Of a stretch of 64,000 nucleotides of DNA, positions 26,821 to 40,387 are shown piece by piece. The translations under genes and the position numbers were made by a program. Positions within the stretch are counted from its first letter, which is position 1. The number at the start of each line of letters is the position of its first letter. The notes under the pieces were generated by a model. It was not told where the DNA came from. It did no database searches and was given only the letters and a program-made list of their open reading frames with translations. This DNA is from Octopus vulgaris (Eukaryota), in contig OX597827.1 in assembly GCA_951406725.2 (NCBI GenBank), forward strand, positions 11,470,001 through 11,534,000, written 5' to 3'.

Positions 26821-27030
26821 TGTGTTTGTCCCCCCAACATCGTTTGACAACCGATGCTGGTGTGTTTACGTCCCTGTAACTTAGCGGTTCGGCAAAAGAG
26901 ACCGACAGAATAAGTACTAGGCTTACAAAGAATAAGTCCTGGGGTCGATTTGCTCGACTAAAGGCGGTGCTCTAGCATGGCCGCAGTAAAATGACTGAAA
27001 CAAGTAAAAGAGTAAAGAGAGTAAAGAGTA
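26621..27030 (+). mobile_element. SINE family A
   Basis: Similarity to other family A copies. Confidence 0.9.
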
Positions 27031-27704
27031 AGACAGAGGCCTAGAAAATATTGAAGGCCAACTACAATCCTAAATATATAGGCACTCTGTCAGTTACTAT
27101 GGCGAGGGTTCCAGTTGATCTGATCAATAGAACATCCTGATCTTGAAATTAATGTGCAAGTGGAACATCCTGCTCCACAGACACATGGATCCTAAATGTA
27201 GTTCTCCAAGAGATTCAGCATGATACAGAATGTGACAAGGCTGGCCCTTTGAAATATAGGTACAACACCTATTCACCAGCTGAGTGGACTGGAGCAATAC
27301 GAAATAAAGTGTTTTGCTCAAGGATACAAAGTGCCACTGGGAATCGAACTCAAAATCTTATGATCATGATCCAATCCTCTAACCACAAAGCGACATGCCT
27401 TCACTAAGGGCAGGGTGGTCCTAGATATATATATGTATGAGATAAATTATCAACATGGTAAGGGTATTAAGAAAGTTATGAGAATTTAAAATAATAGATA
27501 CCAAAAATATACAAAAATATAAAAGGATTACATATAAGATGTAAGATTTAGATACTATGTATACTATATACTATAAATTATAACTAATGAATTATGAATA
27601 TAAATATCCATATTAATATTATATCATACATAAGTATATAAAAGTTGAAATATAAAAATATTTAAGGAAATATACTGAGGAAGAATATATAAAGACAGAA
27701 TATA

Positions 27705-28967
27705 TATTGCGCCATCCCATAAATAATGTGGTTTTTTTCAGTTGCATGTACTAAAAACAAGTAGTAATTTTACCTTGTACTTATTCTTAGTGCAAGTTTT
27801 GAAGAGTGCAATTCGATTTTAACATTTATTTTTTTCAAAGCAATAATGGAAGTGACAAAGGAGCATATTCGGCATATTTTGCTTTATGAGTTCAATAAAG
27901 GCAACAATGCAATGGAAAGTGCGAGAAATATTAATGCAGTATATGGGAATCAGACAATAAGTGTAAGCCAGTGTCAGTGGTAGTTCCAGAAATTTCAAGC
28001 CAAAAGTTATAGCCTAGAAGACAAGCCTCATCCTGGAAGATCTGTAGAGCCTGACAAGACCCTGGAAGATCTGTAGATCCTGCAAACTGTGGTGGAACAA
28101 AATCTGATCATAACTGCTGAAGAACTACCAGAGAAGCTTGTATTTAGTCATTCAACCACTCATCGACACCTGCGTGTCATCTGAAAAGTCAGCAAATTAG
28201 GTCAATGGGTTCCTCACAAACTTCCTGAGTCTAATCATGCACAGAGTGAATGTGTGCTCTTCTTTGCTGTCACATCTCACGAATGAACCTTTTTTGGACC
28301 AAATAGTGATTGGTGATAAGAAATGGTTTCTCTATAAAAATGTCAAACACCAAAGTGTGTAGGGAAAAGTGAAACGCAAGCACCCCAACCTAAAGAAGGT
28401 CTTCGCCCAAATGAAGTATCATCTGGTGTTTGGTGCTTTGAACTTTTAAACTTGAATCAAACAATAACAGAGGAGATCTACTGTGAGTAACTTGAGCCAG
28501 CACTAGAAGAAAAACAGCCATAATTAGAAGAAAAGCCAGCACTAGAAGAAAAACAGCCATCTTTGGTTTCAAAACAAAAGGTGATCTTCCATTAGGATAA
28601 TACTCGGCCACATACAGCAAGGATGACATTCCAAAAGCTGGAGCAGTTTGAATGGAAACACTGCCCCACCCACCATATTCGCTGGACATTGCCTCAACTG
28701 ATTATTATTTGTTCCGCAGTCTTAGAAATCATTTGGACAGAAAAAATATGAATTCTGTAGATGAGGTCAGAATAGTACTGGAAGAGTATTTTTTGTCATG
28801 GACAAGTGAATTTTGGATGAGGGCACTTGCAAGTCTAGCATATAGCTGGAAGAGTATTGTAGAAAATGAAGGAGAGTATATTTTAGATTAAAAAAGAACT
28901 TTGTTTATCTTAATTTGGAAAAATAAAAGAAGTATGAAAAAAACATTATTTATGGGATGACACAATA
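27705..28967 (+). mobile_element. Decayed mariner (Tc1/mariner) DNA transposon, about 1.26 kb
   Basis: TIRs tattgcgccatcccataaataatg / cattatttatgggatgacacaata enclosing a transposase relic. Confidence 0.92.
27847..28891 (+). pseudogene. Mariner transposase pseudogene
   Basis: MEVTKEHIRHILLYEF start; WVPH, IGDKKW (TGDEKW), DNTRPH and HPPYSLDIASTDYYLF (YSPDLAPSD) motifs; stops and frameshifts. Confidence 0.92.
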
Positions 28968-29449
28968 ATATAATATAATAAGAATTTTAAGCTTATAAAT
29001 AAACCAATAAAACCAATAAAATAAGGGACAAGATAAAGCATAAGATGAAAATAAGGAAAGGCTAAATAAATTTTTTTTTAAACTATAGGGACTGTGTCTC
29101 AATAAATGCTTATGCAATATACTAAAACCGTTAAGTGATTATGTGTGAAGATGAGATTAGTGTCCATCAATATGAGGATAATACAAATATAATGGGTATA
29201 TTCAGTTGGACGTTTCTGATCGTAGATGCAACTGGAATATTAATTCTTGTTTACTTTGATATGTTCCTCGAATTTTGTTTTCACACGACTGCAGTTTGAC
29301 TGACCTGACCTTGGTGCTTTACTATTTCACTTGAATCCTGAACTTTTATATATGTGAATATATATGTATATGTGTGTGTGTATATATATATTTACAGAGA
29401 TGTACTTGCATAGCAAGTGTTCTGATTTGAGATCGTGTGCTGGAACGAA

Positions 29450-29736
29450 AACAATTGCAGCGTGGAAGGCGTTTATAAGCCATTTAAGAAACACACAAAA
29501 TCCGTTAGATTGACTTCAACATTTAAATTTAATTTGTCAAAATATTTTCGTTGCTTTGAGACCGTGACCTGTTTCAATGACAAAATTTCATGCTGCATCG
29601 AAATTTTGTCAATGAACAGGTCACAGTCTCAAAGCAACGAAAATATTTTGACAAATTAAATTTAAATGTTGAAGTCAATCTAACAGATTTTGTGTGTTTC
29701 TTAAATGGCTTATAAACACCTTCCATGCTGCAATTG

Positions 29737-29738
<2 letters not shown>
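29450..29738. repeat. Imperfect palindrome (about 140-bp arms) inside a (TA)n-flanked element
   Basis: 29450-29589 is approximately the reverse complement of 29600-29738. Confidence 0.9.
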
Positions 29739-29800
<62 letters not shown>

Positions 29801-29805
<5 letters not shown>

Positions 29806-30053
29806 TATCCAGACTGTTGTCATAGGAACGAAGCTAAAGCATGCAGAGAGAAACCACTTGGCACAGATTGACCTTGAACTCTGCTGTGCATGCATGCTAA
29901 GTTCGAACATTCCAGCTCACTGTTACTGCTTACAGCAGTGCTTGGAAGGAAGGTGTTAAGTGTGTAATTGTTGCATTGACCATGACAGAGGTCAGCGCGA
30001 CTTCGTCCTACATGCTTTAGCTTTGTTACAATAGCAACAGTCCAGAAACTTAT
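29801..30053. mobile_element. Old MITE with about 45-bp TIRs
   Basis: ataagtatccagactgttg...gctaaagcatg mirrored by catgctttagc...caacagtccagaaacttat. Confidence 0.6.
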
Positions 30054-30638
30054 TGATTAGACCATGTATGCACACATATTTCTACAATTCAATATTCAAG
30101 GGTACTGACTATCTATATTTAAATCTATATCCGATATTCCACTAGGTCATACTCTATCATATATACCACTACACCAAATTTGCTAATATACATACATAGT
30201 CGCATATACAATCAATAAAAAGAAATTCAATAATACAACTAATAGTAACTGTAACTTTAGAAGGCTCTATATATGTCCATTTGAATCTAACTGTATGTCC
30301 AATAGTATTGATAACAAATGCATAATAAAAATGAATAATGCTGAAAAATCACATTTAGGACACACAGTCTAGCCATTTAAAGTACATTATAATCAACACG
30401 TGAATATATCTCATAATGACTTTCTATATTTACATACAGGGACCAAAAAATAAATAACAAATCAATGACATAAAATGATGTATATTTGCAAAATCTAAAA
30501 CATATAATGGATATCAAAAAGCCTGTTAACTTTGCACAACTGAAACATATAAAATTATACACACTAAAATAACTTGGTATAAATTAACATTATGAATGTG
30601 TTATCATGTAAATATAAAACTTATGTGTCATTTCAATA

Positions 30639-30767
30639 TTATAAACTATTAATATATTCTGATAGAATTGCTAATACTTCTTCGTAGTACATTCCTTTCA
30701 TCTTTCTAGTAATTGAATTTGATTTTTGATTTTGTATAAAACAAGTCAACTTCCAAAGAAGGAAAAG
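30639..30767 (-). CDS. Candidate terminal coding exon of an unknown gene (LFLLWKLTCFIQNQKSNSITRKMKGMYYEEVLAILSEYINSL*)
   Basis: T-rich acceptor ending in AG, 42 open codons in unique sequence, in phase with candidate exon 32020-32058; no recognisable homology. Confidence 0.2.
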   Translation of the reverse strand, partial: LFLLWKLTCFIQNQKSNSITRKMKGMYYEEVLAILSEYINSL

Positions 30768-31095
30768 CTGTTCCATCAAAAAAAAAAATAAATAAAATAA
30801 ATTAACATATCATTAATTATTAGTCCTTATCATAAGTAATACAATTTTTTTATGATTTTTAAATTTTAACTTTAAAATGTTATACATTTTTAATATTCAT
30901 ATCATCAATAATACATATTTTACATCAACATTATCATTATTATTATTATTGCTTTATCAATAACATCATCATCATCAGGCATACATACATATACATATAC
31001 ATATACATACATATATATATATATATATCATATTTTACCCTTACATTTCCACATGTATTTTATATTTTCTTTTCGTAACATATTTCTACTATCTA

Positions 31096-31128
<33 letters not shown>

Positions 31129-31459
31129 GCATATGTACATGCATATATACAAATATATTCATGCAAATGTAGGTGTATGCTTATGTGGGTGTATATATGC
31201 TTATATTTACACTTGTGTTTTGTCTTTTAATTATTATAATTAAGTATTTTATATAATCATTAGCAATATTGTTATCATTCGAATTGTATTATCATTTTAA
31301 ATTTTCTTTGAATTTTTATCATTTACATTGTGTCTTCATTTTATAATTTAACTACCTGCTATGTTTTGAATTTCAAGATCTAAATTTAAAATAAAATTTT
31401 AAATTATAATTTCTATCTTTAATCTACAATATTGTCAAATTTAAATTTGACAATACTGG

Positions 31460-31648
<189 letters not shown>

Positions 31649-32019
31649 TATACATACATATACATACATGTATGTGTGTGTGTATGTGTCTGTATGTACA
31701 TGTGTGTATATGTGTATGTGTGTGTGTGTAAATGTATTTGTGTGTGTATATATGTATATAAATTGTATTATATAAATTATAGCAATAAATTGCCAATATG
31801 TAAATTGCAAATTATTCATACATATATAATTTTATCGAAACTTAGTCTCAATTCAAATATCATAGACACGAACATTCACAATAAAATGTAGATTGTTTCA
31901 TCTGTCCACATACACAACATAGCTAAATATTATTTAACAAACTGACCGAGAGTTAATGAGATTGACAAAATTGCCAGAAAGAAAAAAAAAATGAGAGTAA
32001 CCATAAAATTGAAACTTAC

Positions 32020-32058
32020 AATGTCAAACAAATCTGTGCTCTCCAAATTTTTTCTATC
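32020..32058 (-). CDS. Candidate 39-nt internal exon (DRKNLESTDLFDI)
   Basis: ttttttttgtAG acceptor and consensus GTAAGT donor; open in phase 0. Confidence 0.22.
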
Positions 32059-32428
32059 CTACAAAAAAAACAGCTTCATTTACAATATACTAAAATAATA
32101 TTTTTATGTATTACATTTAAAATCATATTACTGTAACTTTGTTCAAGTAAATATCAGAACTAATGTGTTGTGTAAATTTTTCCCCAAAATTATCCTTTAA
32201 TATTTAATGCGGAATCATCACACACCAAAAGCAAAATGTCTTAAAACTGGATATATGACAACACACAACTACAGAAAAAAAAAAAAAATTTTAAATGAAT
32301 CTGTTGAAACTCACAACCGATTCAAAATTTAGTTGTGCAAATAGTTGTTAACAATTGTAATAAAAATTCTTTGAAAAAAATTTTCCCATAAAACAAAGCA
32401 TTTAAGACAAATATTTATATTTATATAT

Positions 32429-32660
32429 ATTTCTTTACTGCCCACAAGGGGCTAAACATAGAGGGGACAAACAAGGACAGACAAAGGGATTAAGTCGATT
32501 ACATCGACCCCAGTGCGTAACTGGTACTTTATTTATCGACCCCGAAAGGATGAAAGGCAAAGTCGACCTCGGCGGAATTTTAACTCAGAACGTAACGGCG
32601 GATGAAATATGGCTACGCATTTCGCCCAGTGTGCTAACGATTCTGCCAGCTCGCCGCCTT
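32429..32660 (-). mobile_element. SINE family B
   Basis: Full head aaggcggcgagctggcagaa; atttatatttatata flanks. Confidence 0.88.
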
Positions 32661-32810
32661 ATTTATATTTATATAGAACCTAGTGTTGATGGACAATAAT
32701 GAATCCATGCTAGAATATGGTGCTTTGAGAAAAACAAATATATATTTAAAATGCTGAGCACATTATAAATTCATTGTAGTCATCATCATCAGCATCATTA
32801 CCATAATGAT

Positions 32811-33160
32811 AAAACAATACCTGTTGTCATAGGTGCCCTGGGAATGATAGCAAAAGGGACTGATTGCTACCTAACCCAGATTCCAGGAAACCCCAAAATG
32901 GCAGAAATTCAAAAGATAGTGCTCATGGGAACTGCTCATATCCTACACAAAATACTTTCTATGTAATCTCAGGGTTTAAAACAAACATAATTTTTGTATG
33001 GTATTTTAGACATTCACTAGTACAACACTAAGTACAAAACCAAATATATGGCACCCTAAGCATAACACTAACATGAGCTTCCAACTTTTTGTCTTTTGAG
33101 GTCTCTGGGTGAGACTTGGAGCCAGCTTGTGCAAATGTAAAGCAAAAGTCAAACATAGAA
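32811..33160 (+). mobile_element. 3' end of an R4/Dong-like (restriction-like endonuclease) non-LTR retrotransposon
   Basis: KTIPVVIGALGMI...EIQKIVLMGTAHILHKILSM*, then a 3' UTR ending at (AAT)n. Confidence 0.75.
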
Positions 33161-33655
33161 TAATAATAATAATAATGATAATAATAATAATGATAATAAT
33201 AATAATGGTAATCTTACTGATTGGAAGTGTTATCATGTACATGTTTTGTCTTGGTATAAAAAGATGGGCTACAGCAAATATTCTGCTCAATACCACAATT
33301 TTGCTTGTCAGTTGTTAGACCTTAACCCATTCAGTATGTCCCTTAATGGTTTCCAATATGTGCATCTACAATCACAAGCAGAAGTAGTGAGGGGACATCA
33401 TTGCCATGCATGTGTTGAGGGGAATTCTTTGGGGTTTGAATAATTCACCTCTGGAAACATGGGTGTTTCATTTAACATCCTTAAACAACCCTTATTCAAG
33501 GACCATTTGAGTGAGAGGGACCACTCAACCTGAAGAAAAATTCTAACTGGGCCCCACCTGAAAGGTCATGCGCTATTTATCTTGATATGTGATCACCGTC
33601 TTGTGCACATATGGTTGTGATGCATGTACACTTATCAGACAGATAGTAATGGTAG

Positions 33656-33733
33656 GTATACCCTCCAGCCTTCTTCAGGTGCCTTGGAGAAATTTTGAAC
33701 CTGAGTCCTCATTCCTAAGGTATTTTTCGATGA

Positions 33734-33770
<37 letters not shown>

Positions 33771-34075
33771 GTTGTTGTTGTTGTTATTATTCAAGTCACT
33801 GCTTTGGAATCGAACTCAGAATCTTGGGGTTAGTAACCCGTGCTCTTAACCATTACGCCATATGCCCAATTTCAAGCAGTGACCTGAACAAGAACAATAA
33901 TAATGTTAATAATAACATAAAAAAAATACCTTATGAATGAGAACCCAGGTTCGAAATTTCCCCAAGACACCTGAAGAAGGCTGGAGGGTATATCAGCTGA
34001 AACGTTGTATTAACAACAAACAACATGAGGACAAATATCCGTCAATAATGTAAATAATGTAAATAATGTAAATAA
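33656..34075. mobile_element. Inverted pair of a tRNA-headed, hammerhead-bearing SINE-like element
   Basis: Minus copy 33867-33656 has TGGCGTAATGG and GAGTTCGATTCC boxes; plus copy 33873-34075 carries the hammerhead and an (AATGTAAAT)n tail; 33656-33729 mirrors 33921-33991. Confidence 0.7.
33967..34010 (+). ncRNA. Minimal hammerhead ribozyme motif
   Basis: acac CTGAAGA a ggctg-gagggtatat-cagct GAAAC GTT gtat; palindromic AACGTT stem III; one mismatch in stem I. Confidence 0.65.
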
Positions 34076-34288
34076 TTAAGCATAGCTGCTCTTCATTGGA
34101 AAGGAGAAAGAGTAAAGTCCAAGGATGGAGAAGAAATCTCCAACAGCATATTCACTGCTGATGTGTGTGTATGTATGTGTGTTTGTGCACATGGGTGCAT
34201 GTGTGTGAATGTTTGTGAGTGTGTGTGTGTGTGTGTGTGCCCGTGTGTGTGTGTGTGCCCGTGTGTGTGCATGTGCATGTTTTTTTTT

Positions 34289-34807
34289 TACTTGTTTCAG
34301 TCATTTGACTGCGGCCATGCTGGAGCACCGCCATTTAGTCGAGCAAATCGACCCCGGGACTTATTCTTTTGTAAGCCCAGTACTTATTCTATCGGTCTCT
34401 TTTGCCGAACCGCTAAGTGATGGGGACATAAACACATCAGCATCGGTTGTCAAGCAATGCTAGGGGGGACAAACACAGACCACACAAACGCATACATACA
34501 TACATACATATTTACGACAGGCTTCTTTCAGTTTCCGTCTACCAAATCCATTCACAAGGCATTGGTCGGCCCGGGGCTATAGCAGTGGGACTGAACCTGG
34601 AACCATGTGGTTCGTAAAGTATTTCTTTACTGCCTACAAGGGGCTAAACATAGAGGGGACAAACAAGGACAGGCAAACGGATTAAGTCGATGAGATCGAC
34701 TCCAGTGCGTAACTGGTACTTATTTAATCGGCCCTGAAAGGATGAGAGGCAAAGTCGACCTCGGCGGTGGTTGGTTAGCAAGCTACTTACCACACAGCCA
34801 CTCCTGC
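34289..34807 (-). mobile_element. SINE family A interrupted by a family B fragment (34620-34766)
   Basis: Family A sequence resumes at gtggttggttagc after the B insert. Confidence 0.82.
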
Positions 34808-35167
34808 ACATGTGTCTGTTTGTATGTATATTTATATTTGCAATAATTAAAGAAGAGAATGTCACACTGATAGAACTGAACACATAGAAAAGGCTAATTG
34901 GGTACAGCTTGCTGGTATCAAATTTAATCAAGTTTACTGTTTTTTATAGGATGTAATCCTCTTAAGTTTGTTTAATGAAGGAAGCAAAATTCAAAGTTAC
35001 AAAACTAAACTTATTCCACATTATCTATACTTAAAGTGTAAGAAAATTAATCCCACGCAAACGAATTTTGAATTCTGTTTAACTGTCTGTTTCTTTGTTG
35101 AATATATGTGTGATTGTACATATGTAAGTGCATGTGTGTGTATGTGTATACATACACACCCTTATAT

Positions 35168-35201
<34 letters not shown>

Positions 35202-35362
35202 GTATATATGTGTGTATGTGTATACGTGTGTGTGTATGAATTTATACACATATATATAAATATATATACATACATACATACATATATATATATATACATA
35301 CACATACACACATATATATATATATACATATACATATATCTATATCTATCTATCTATCTATG

Positions 35363-35395
<33 letters not shown>

Positions 35396-35426
35396 ATACA
35401 GATAGATATAAATATATGTCTATGTT

Positions 35427-35473
<47 letters not shown>

Positions 35474-35894
35474 GCATGTGTGTATGTGTGTGTATGTATG
35501 TGTGTAAGTATATACAGTTTTAGTTTACTAATTTAATGTTTAAGCAAAGAATCTTTGCTTTCACTAATTCAAAAGCTTTTCTGCTTCACATAGCCTATTG
35601 AATTAGCAAAACCTAATTCAATAGGCTGTGTAAATGCTTAAACATTTAAGATGTAAAATACAACTATTTGCTCTATACTTATTTTAACTTCTATGGAGTT
35701 TTCCTTGGATCTATGGCTTCCTTGAACTTTGATTCAAGAATTTTTCTACCATATACATACACATGTGCATACACACACACATACATACACACATATGTAT
35801 TTGGAAATTAATACATAAATGTGCCTATGTGTGTATGTGTATGTAAACAGATAGACACATAGATACATATATACATACAAATGTATATGTACAC

Positions 35895-36086
35895 ACACGG
35901 CGATTTTTTTTTTCCTCTGTCTTCCCTTCTCTGGATCTTTCCTTCTCCTCTGTTTGCGATGAAGAGCTCTGCTCGAAATGTTAAACCCTCCTTCTTTCCT
36001 TCTTTCCTGAGCGTCCAATAATACTATATTTGTTCCACGTCCTCGCGTTGTTATGTTTTTTCGTGCTTTCTTGTTTGGATTAACTG
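35895..36086 (+). mobile_element. Second copy of the 3888-4101 element, with decayed hammerhead-like motif (35953-35985)
   Basis: ttt GCGATGA a gagc-tct-gctc GAAAT GTT aaa. Confidence 0.7.
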
Positions 36087-36320
36087 TATATATATTTATG
36101 TATGCATGTATATATATATATATATATATCCAAAAAAGAAGCATAAACTAAAGCATAAGAGCAGGAATGTATTTATATGCTGTTAAGTATATGTCCGGTT
36201 ACAGTGGTTTCACATCCATAAAGCACTTAGCTCTATGAATGACTTGTCTGATTCTAATGGCAAAAGCCATATAGCTCTTCAAACGGAGGAGGTAGAATTC
36301 CATTACGGCCAGTTAGTAAA

Positions 36321-36719
36321 TCTTTATATATAAAAGTGAGGTTGTGTGCTGTCTGTCCCCTACGATTTAGATTCCTAACTACTCCCACATTTTGTGGTGC
36401 AGTTTAACCAAAACCGGGTATCTTATAGTCGTGATTCATATCGAGCCCTTCTGGGTATTAGCGTGCATTTACGATGAGTCTACGATTTAAAAAAAAATTT
36501 ACCATAAATTTTTCTAATTTTTAATGCATTTTTGGCATATATAAGGGAAGTAACTCTCTAAAAATTTATTATTAAATCTCAGAACGTAAAAAGCTACAGT
36601 AACACCCCCCCCGCTTTGTCGTTAGCCATATTGAGATGGCTATTATACTTTACATCTCTAAAAATGCTTATATAGTTATTTCCCTTACAAACCCGAGCAA
36701 CGCCGGGCAATACTGCTAG
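36321..36719 (+). mobile_element. Non-autonomous Helitron
   Basis: A^TC...hairpin...CTAG^T; homologous to 19558-19952. Confidence 0.85.
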
Positions 36720-36959
36720 TAAAGAATAAACAATCTAGGCCGGCAAGGACAGGTCATCTCACTTAGACCAGTTCAATAGGTAGCCCCTATAGGCTAAAAT
36801 GGTGAACAGGGAACTTCGTCCTTAGGTTGCTTTCAGCTCATAAGGGCTTTTTCAGATCTCATAGATGAATGGGGCATCCCATGCTTGCAGCAGGTAGTAT
36901 TTGAAATGGATGCAGGAGCTACAAATCTCATGTCGGCAATTTAATAATCCTGGTTCCAG

Positions 36960-37343
36960 TGGAGGCGCAATGGCCCAGTGGTTAGGGCAGTGGACTCGCG
37001 GTCATAGGATCGCGGTTTCGATTCCCAGACCGGGTGTTGTGAGGGTTTATTGAGCGAAAACACCTAAAAGCTCCACGAGGCTCCGGCAGGGGATGGTGGT
37101 GATCCCTGCTGTCCTCTTTCACCACAACTTTCTCTCACTCTTACTTCCTGTTTCTGTTGTACCTGTATTTCAAAGGGCCAGCCTTGTCACTCTCTGTGTC
37201 ACGCTGAATATCCCCGAGAACTACGTTAAGGGTACACGTGTCTGTGGAGTACTCAGCCACTTACACGTTAATTTCACAAACAGGCTGTTCCGTTGATTCG
37301 GATCAACCGGAACCCTCGTCATCGTAACCGACGGAGTGCTTCC
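36960..37343 (+). mobile_element. SINE family C1
   Basis: 14-bp TSD aatcctggttccag at 36946-36959 and 37350-37363. Confidence 0.9.
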
Positions 37344-37627
37344 AAAAAAAATCCTGGTTCCAGGGAATCTTTGAGGATTCTTGCTCATTCAGCTATGCAA
37401 AGCTTGCAGCATTGACTCCCATTGATATAGGATCCCAGCCGTTCTATGATCTTCCACTTGTGTTCAACTGATACTTACTTTATCGACCCTGAAAAAAATG
37501 AAAGGCAAAGTCAACCTTGGTGGAATTTGAACTCAGCCACTAAGAATTTTTGCCTGATGTGCTAACGATTCTGCCAGCTCACTGTCCTAAACGCAAGTGC
37601 AATAAAAATAGTAATTACTGCTATATT

Positions 37628-37831
37628 TACTCTTTTACTCTTTTACTTGTTTCAGTCATTTGACTGCGGCCATGCTGGAGCACCGCCTTCAGTCGAGCAA
37701 ATCGACCCCAGGACTTATTCTTTGTAAGCCCAGTACTTATTCTATCGATCTCTTTTTGCCGAACCGTTAAGTGACGGGGACGTAAACACACCAGCATCGG
37801 TTGTCAAGCAATGCTAGGGGGACAAACACAG

Positions 37832-37876
<45 letters not shown>

Positions 37877-38038
37877 CGACAGGCTTCTTTCAGTTTCCGT
37901 CTACCAAATCCACTCACAAGGCATTGGTCGGCCCGGGGCTATAGCAGAAGACACTTGCCCAAGATGTCACGCAGTGGGACTGAACCCGGAACCATGTGGT
38001 TGGTTAGCAAGCTACTTACCACACAGCCACTCCTGCGC
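37628..38038 (-). mobile_element. SINE family A (partial copy also at 38151-38430)
   Basis: Near-identity to other family A copies. Confidence 0.92.
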
Positions 38039-38864
38039 ATATTTGTACATCAATCAAATCTGATAAATTCAATAATGGTAAAATGATGCTTCAAATCAGT
38101 CTGAAACTGTTTCTATGCTCATTTGTTTGGTGATGAAATTCTTCAGGAAGCTCTTTTACTTGTTCCAGTCATGTGACTGTGGCCATGCTGGAGCACCGCC
38201 TTTAGTCGATCAAATCGACCCCAGGACTTATTCTTTGTAAGCCTAGTACTTCTTTTATCGGTCTCTTTTTTGCCGAACCGCTAAGTTACGGAGGACGTAA
38301 ACACACCAGCATCGGTTGTCAAGCGATGTTGGAGGAACAAACACAGACACACAAACACGCACATACATATATACGACAGGCTTCTTTCAGTTTACGTCTA
38401 CCAAATACACTCACAAGGCTTTGGTTGGCCACAATTGCTGATCTCAAATTGTGGAAAAAGTATGTGGAATGGGTAGACTTGAAAACATGTGGGACAAAGT
38501 GGTTGAGCCAGGACCTTCAGATTTTGGACCCTACAGAGGAGATGAAAGAGACCAAGACTTCTGGTGGTTTGCTGTGTGTGAGAAGACAATGTTAAGCTAA
38601 CTAAAATAATGGCCATCCATACATAAAAGTATGTCCTCTACATCCCTCTCTCTGCTGTGAGGTTCTAGCTTTGTAGGCTCATGGGTGCCTCTGCTAGATA
38701 AAAGGAACTTATTCTGGTACCATGTAAGTGCGCTTGTGCCAGTTCCACATTAGGGCATCTGTTCCAGTGCCATAGAAAAGTACTTGTGTTACTGTTATGT
38801 AAAAGTGCTTGTGTCAGTGTCATGTGAAAGTACCCAGTACAATTGGTAAAGTGGTTGGCATTAA

Positions 38865-39085
38865 CCCTTTCGTTACTGAATTTATTTAGAGATGCTCTGT
38901 GTTTCTTTGAATTACTTTAAATATAACAAAGAATTTAGTAAAATAACTTACTTATCATTAAGCTAGTGTTACAAACATAAATTGTGACTAAGGTTTGGTG
39001 GAAGATTTTAATTCAAAACTTATGAAAATAAGACATGTATATTAAAGATCCAGAGCCAGTTTCAGCCGGGTTGGTAACGAAAGGG
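38865..39085. mobile_element. piggyBac-like MITE inserted in a family D element
   Basis: TTAA-ccctttcgttac...gtaacgaaaggg-TTAA. Confidence 0.85.
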
Positions 39086-39379
39086 TTAAGAAGGGCATCC
39101 AGCTATAGAAAACCTACCAAAACAGACAAAATGGAGCCCAAGCAGCACTCCAGCTGGCCATCACCTGTCATGCCATCAAACCCATGCCAGCATGGAGAAC
39201 AGATGATGATGGTGGTGATCCTCATCATCAAAATCATCATGATAGCCATGTTTATATCTAACACATCCATGGACCCTGGAATGTGAAAGGCATTCACTGC
39301 AAGAATTTGTCTCATAGAAAAATTTCTCTTAATCGGTGTTGTGTTTAAAAACACACCAAGACAAGTTCCTAGTAATGTC

Positions 39380-39501
39380 ACATGTGTGTATGTGTGTGTA
39401 TGTATGTGTGTGTGCATATGTGTACATAATATGTATATATATATATATACTCACAGACATACAGGCACATGTATGTATGTATATATATATATGTGCGTGT
39501 G

Positions 39502-39534
<33 letters not shown>

Positions 39535-39610
39535 ATATATATGTGTATATATGTGTGTGTATGTGTGTATACATTATACATATATATATCTGTATTCACA
39601 GACACACAGG

Positions 39611-39650
<40 letters not shown>

Positions 39651-39741
39651 TATATACATATATATATATATATAAATATGTGTGTGTGTGTGTTTATATA
39701 TGTATATATATTCATTTGTGTATATGCGTGTTTGTGTGTTT

Positions 39742-39780
<39 letters not shown>

Positions 39781-40132
39781 CATGTATGTACAAGTTATAA
39801 AAAAAATTCCAGTATAAATACAGAGAAGATCAAACGAAACAACAAATCAAACTGAATTATTGAATGCCACAACTGAACTGCAAATACAACTCCGGTTTCA
39901 GATTAAGTCATAAATCTATTAGCTTGTTTACTGAACGATAAATAGTTTAATTGGAGAATAGATGTTTATTATCTCAAATAAATGAACTCAAAACCAAAAG
40001 ACCTTGAAATCAGACCCTCCCGTATGCAGTCGCACATACACACGCACATGTGCTTTCATGCGTGTAATTATGAACAGTGACACACAACCATGCATACATA
40101 TATATATATATATGTGTGTGTATGTGTATATG

Positions 40133-40173
<41 letters not shown>

Positions 40174-40194
40174 GTACGTATGTATATATATATA

Positions 40195-40247
<53 letters not shown>

Positions 40248-40269
40248 GTATATATATGTATATATTTAC

Positions 40270-40347
<78 letters not shown>

Positions 40348-40348
40348 A

Positions 40349-40387
<39 letters not shown>

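Noticed and set aside
36960-37035. tRNA genes at SINE heads
   Set aside because: A/B boxes are present but there is no complete cloverleaf; the heads are fused to SINE bodies with TSDs
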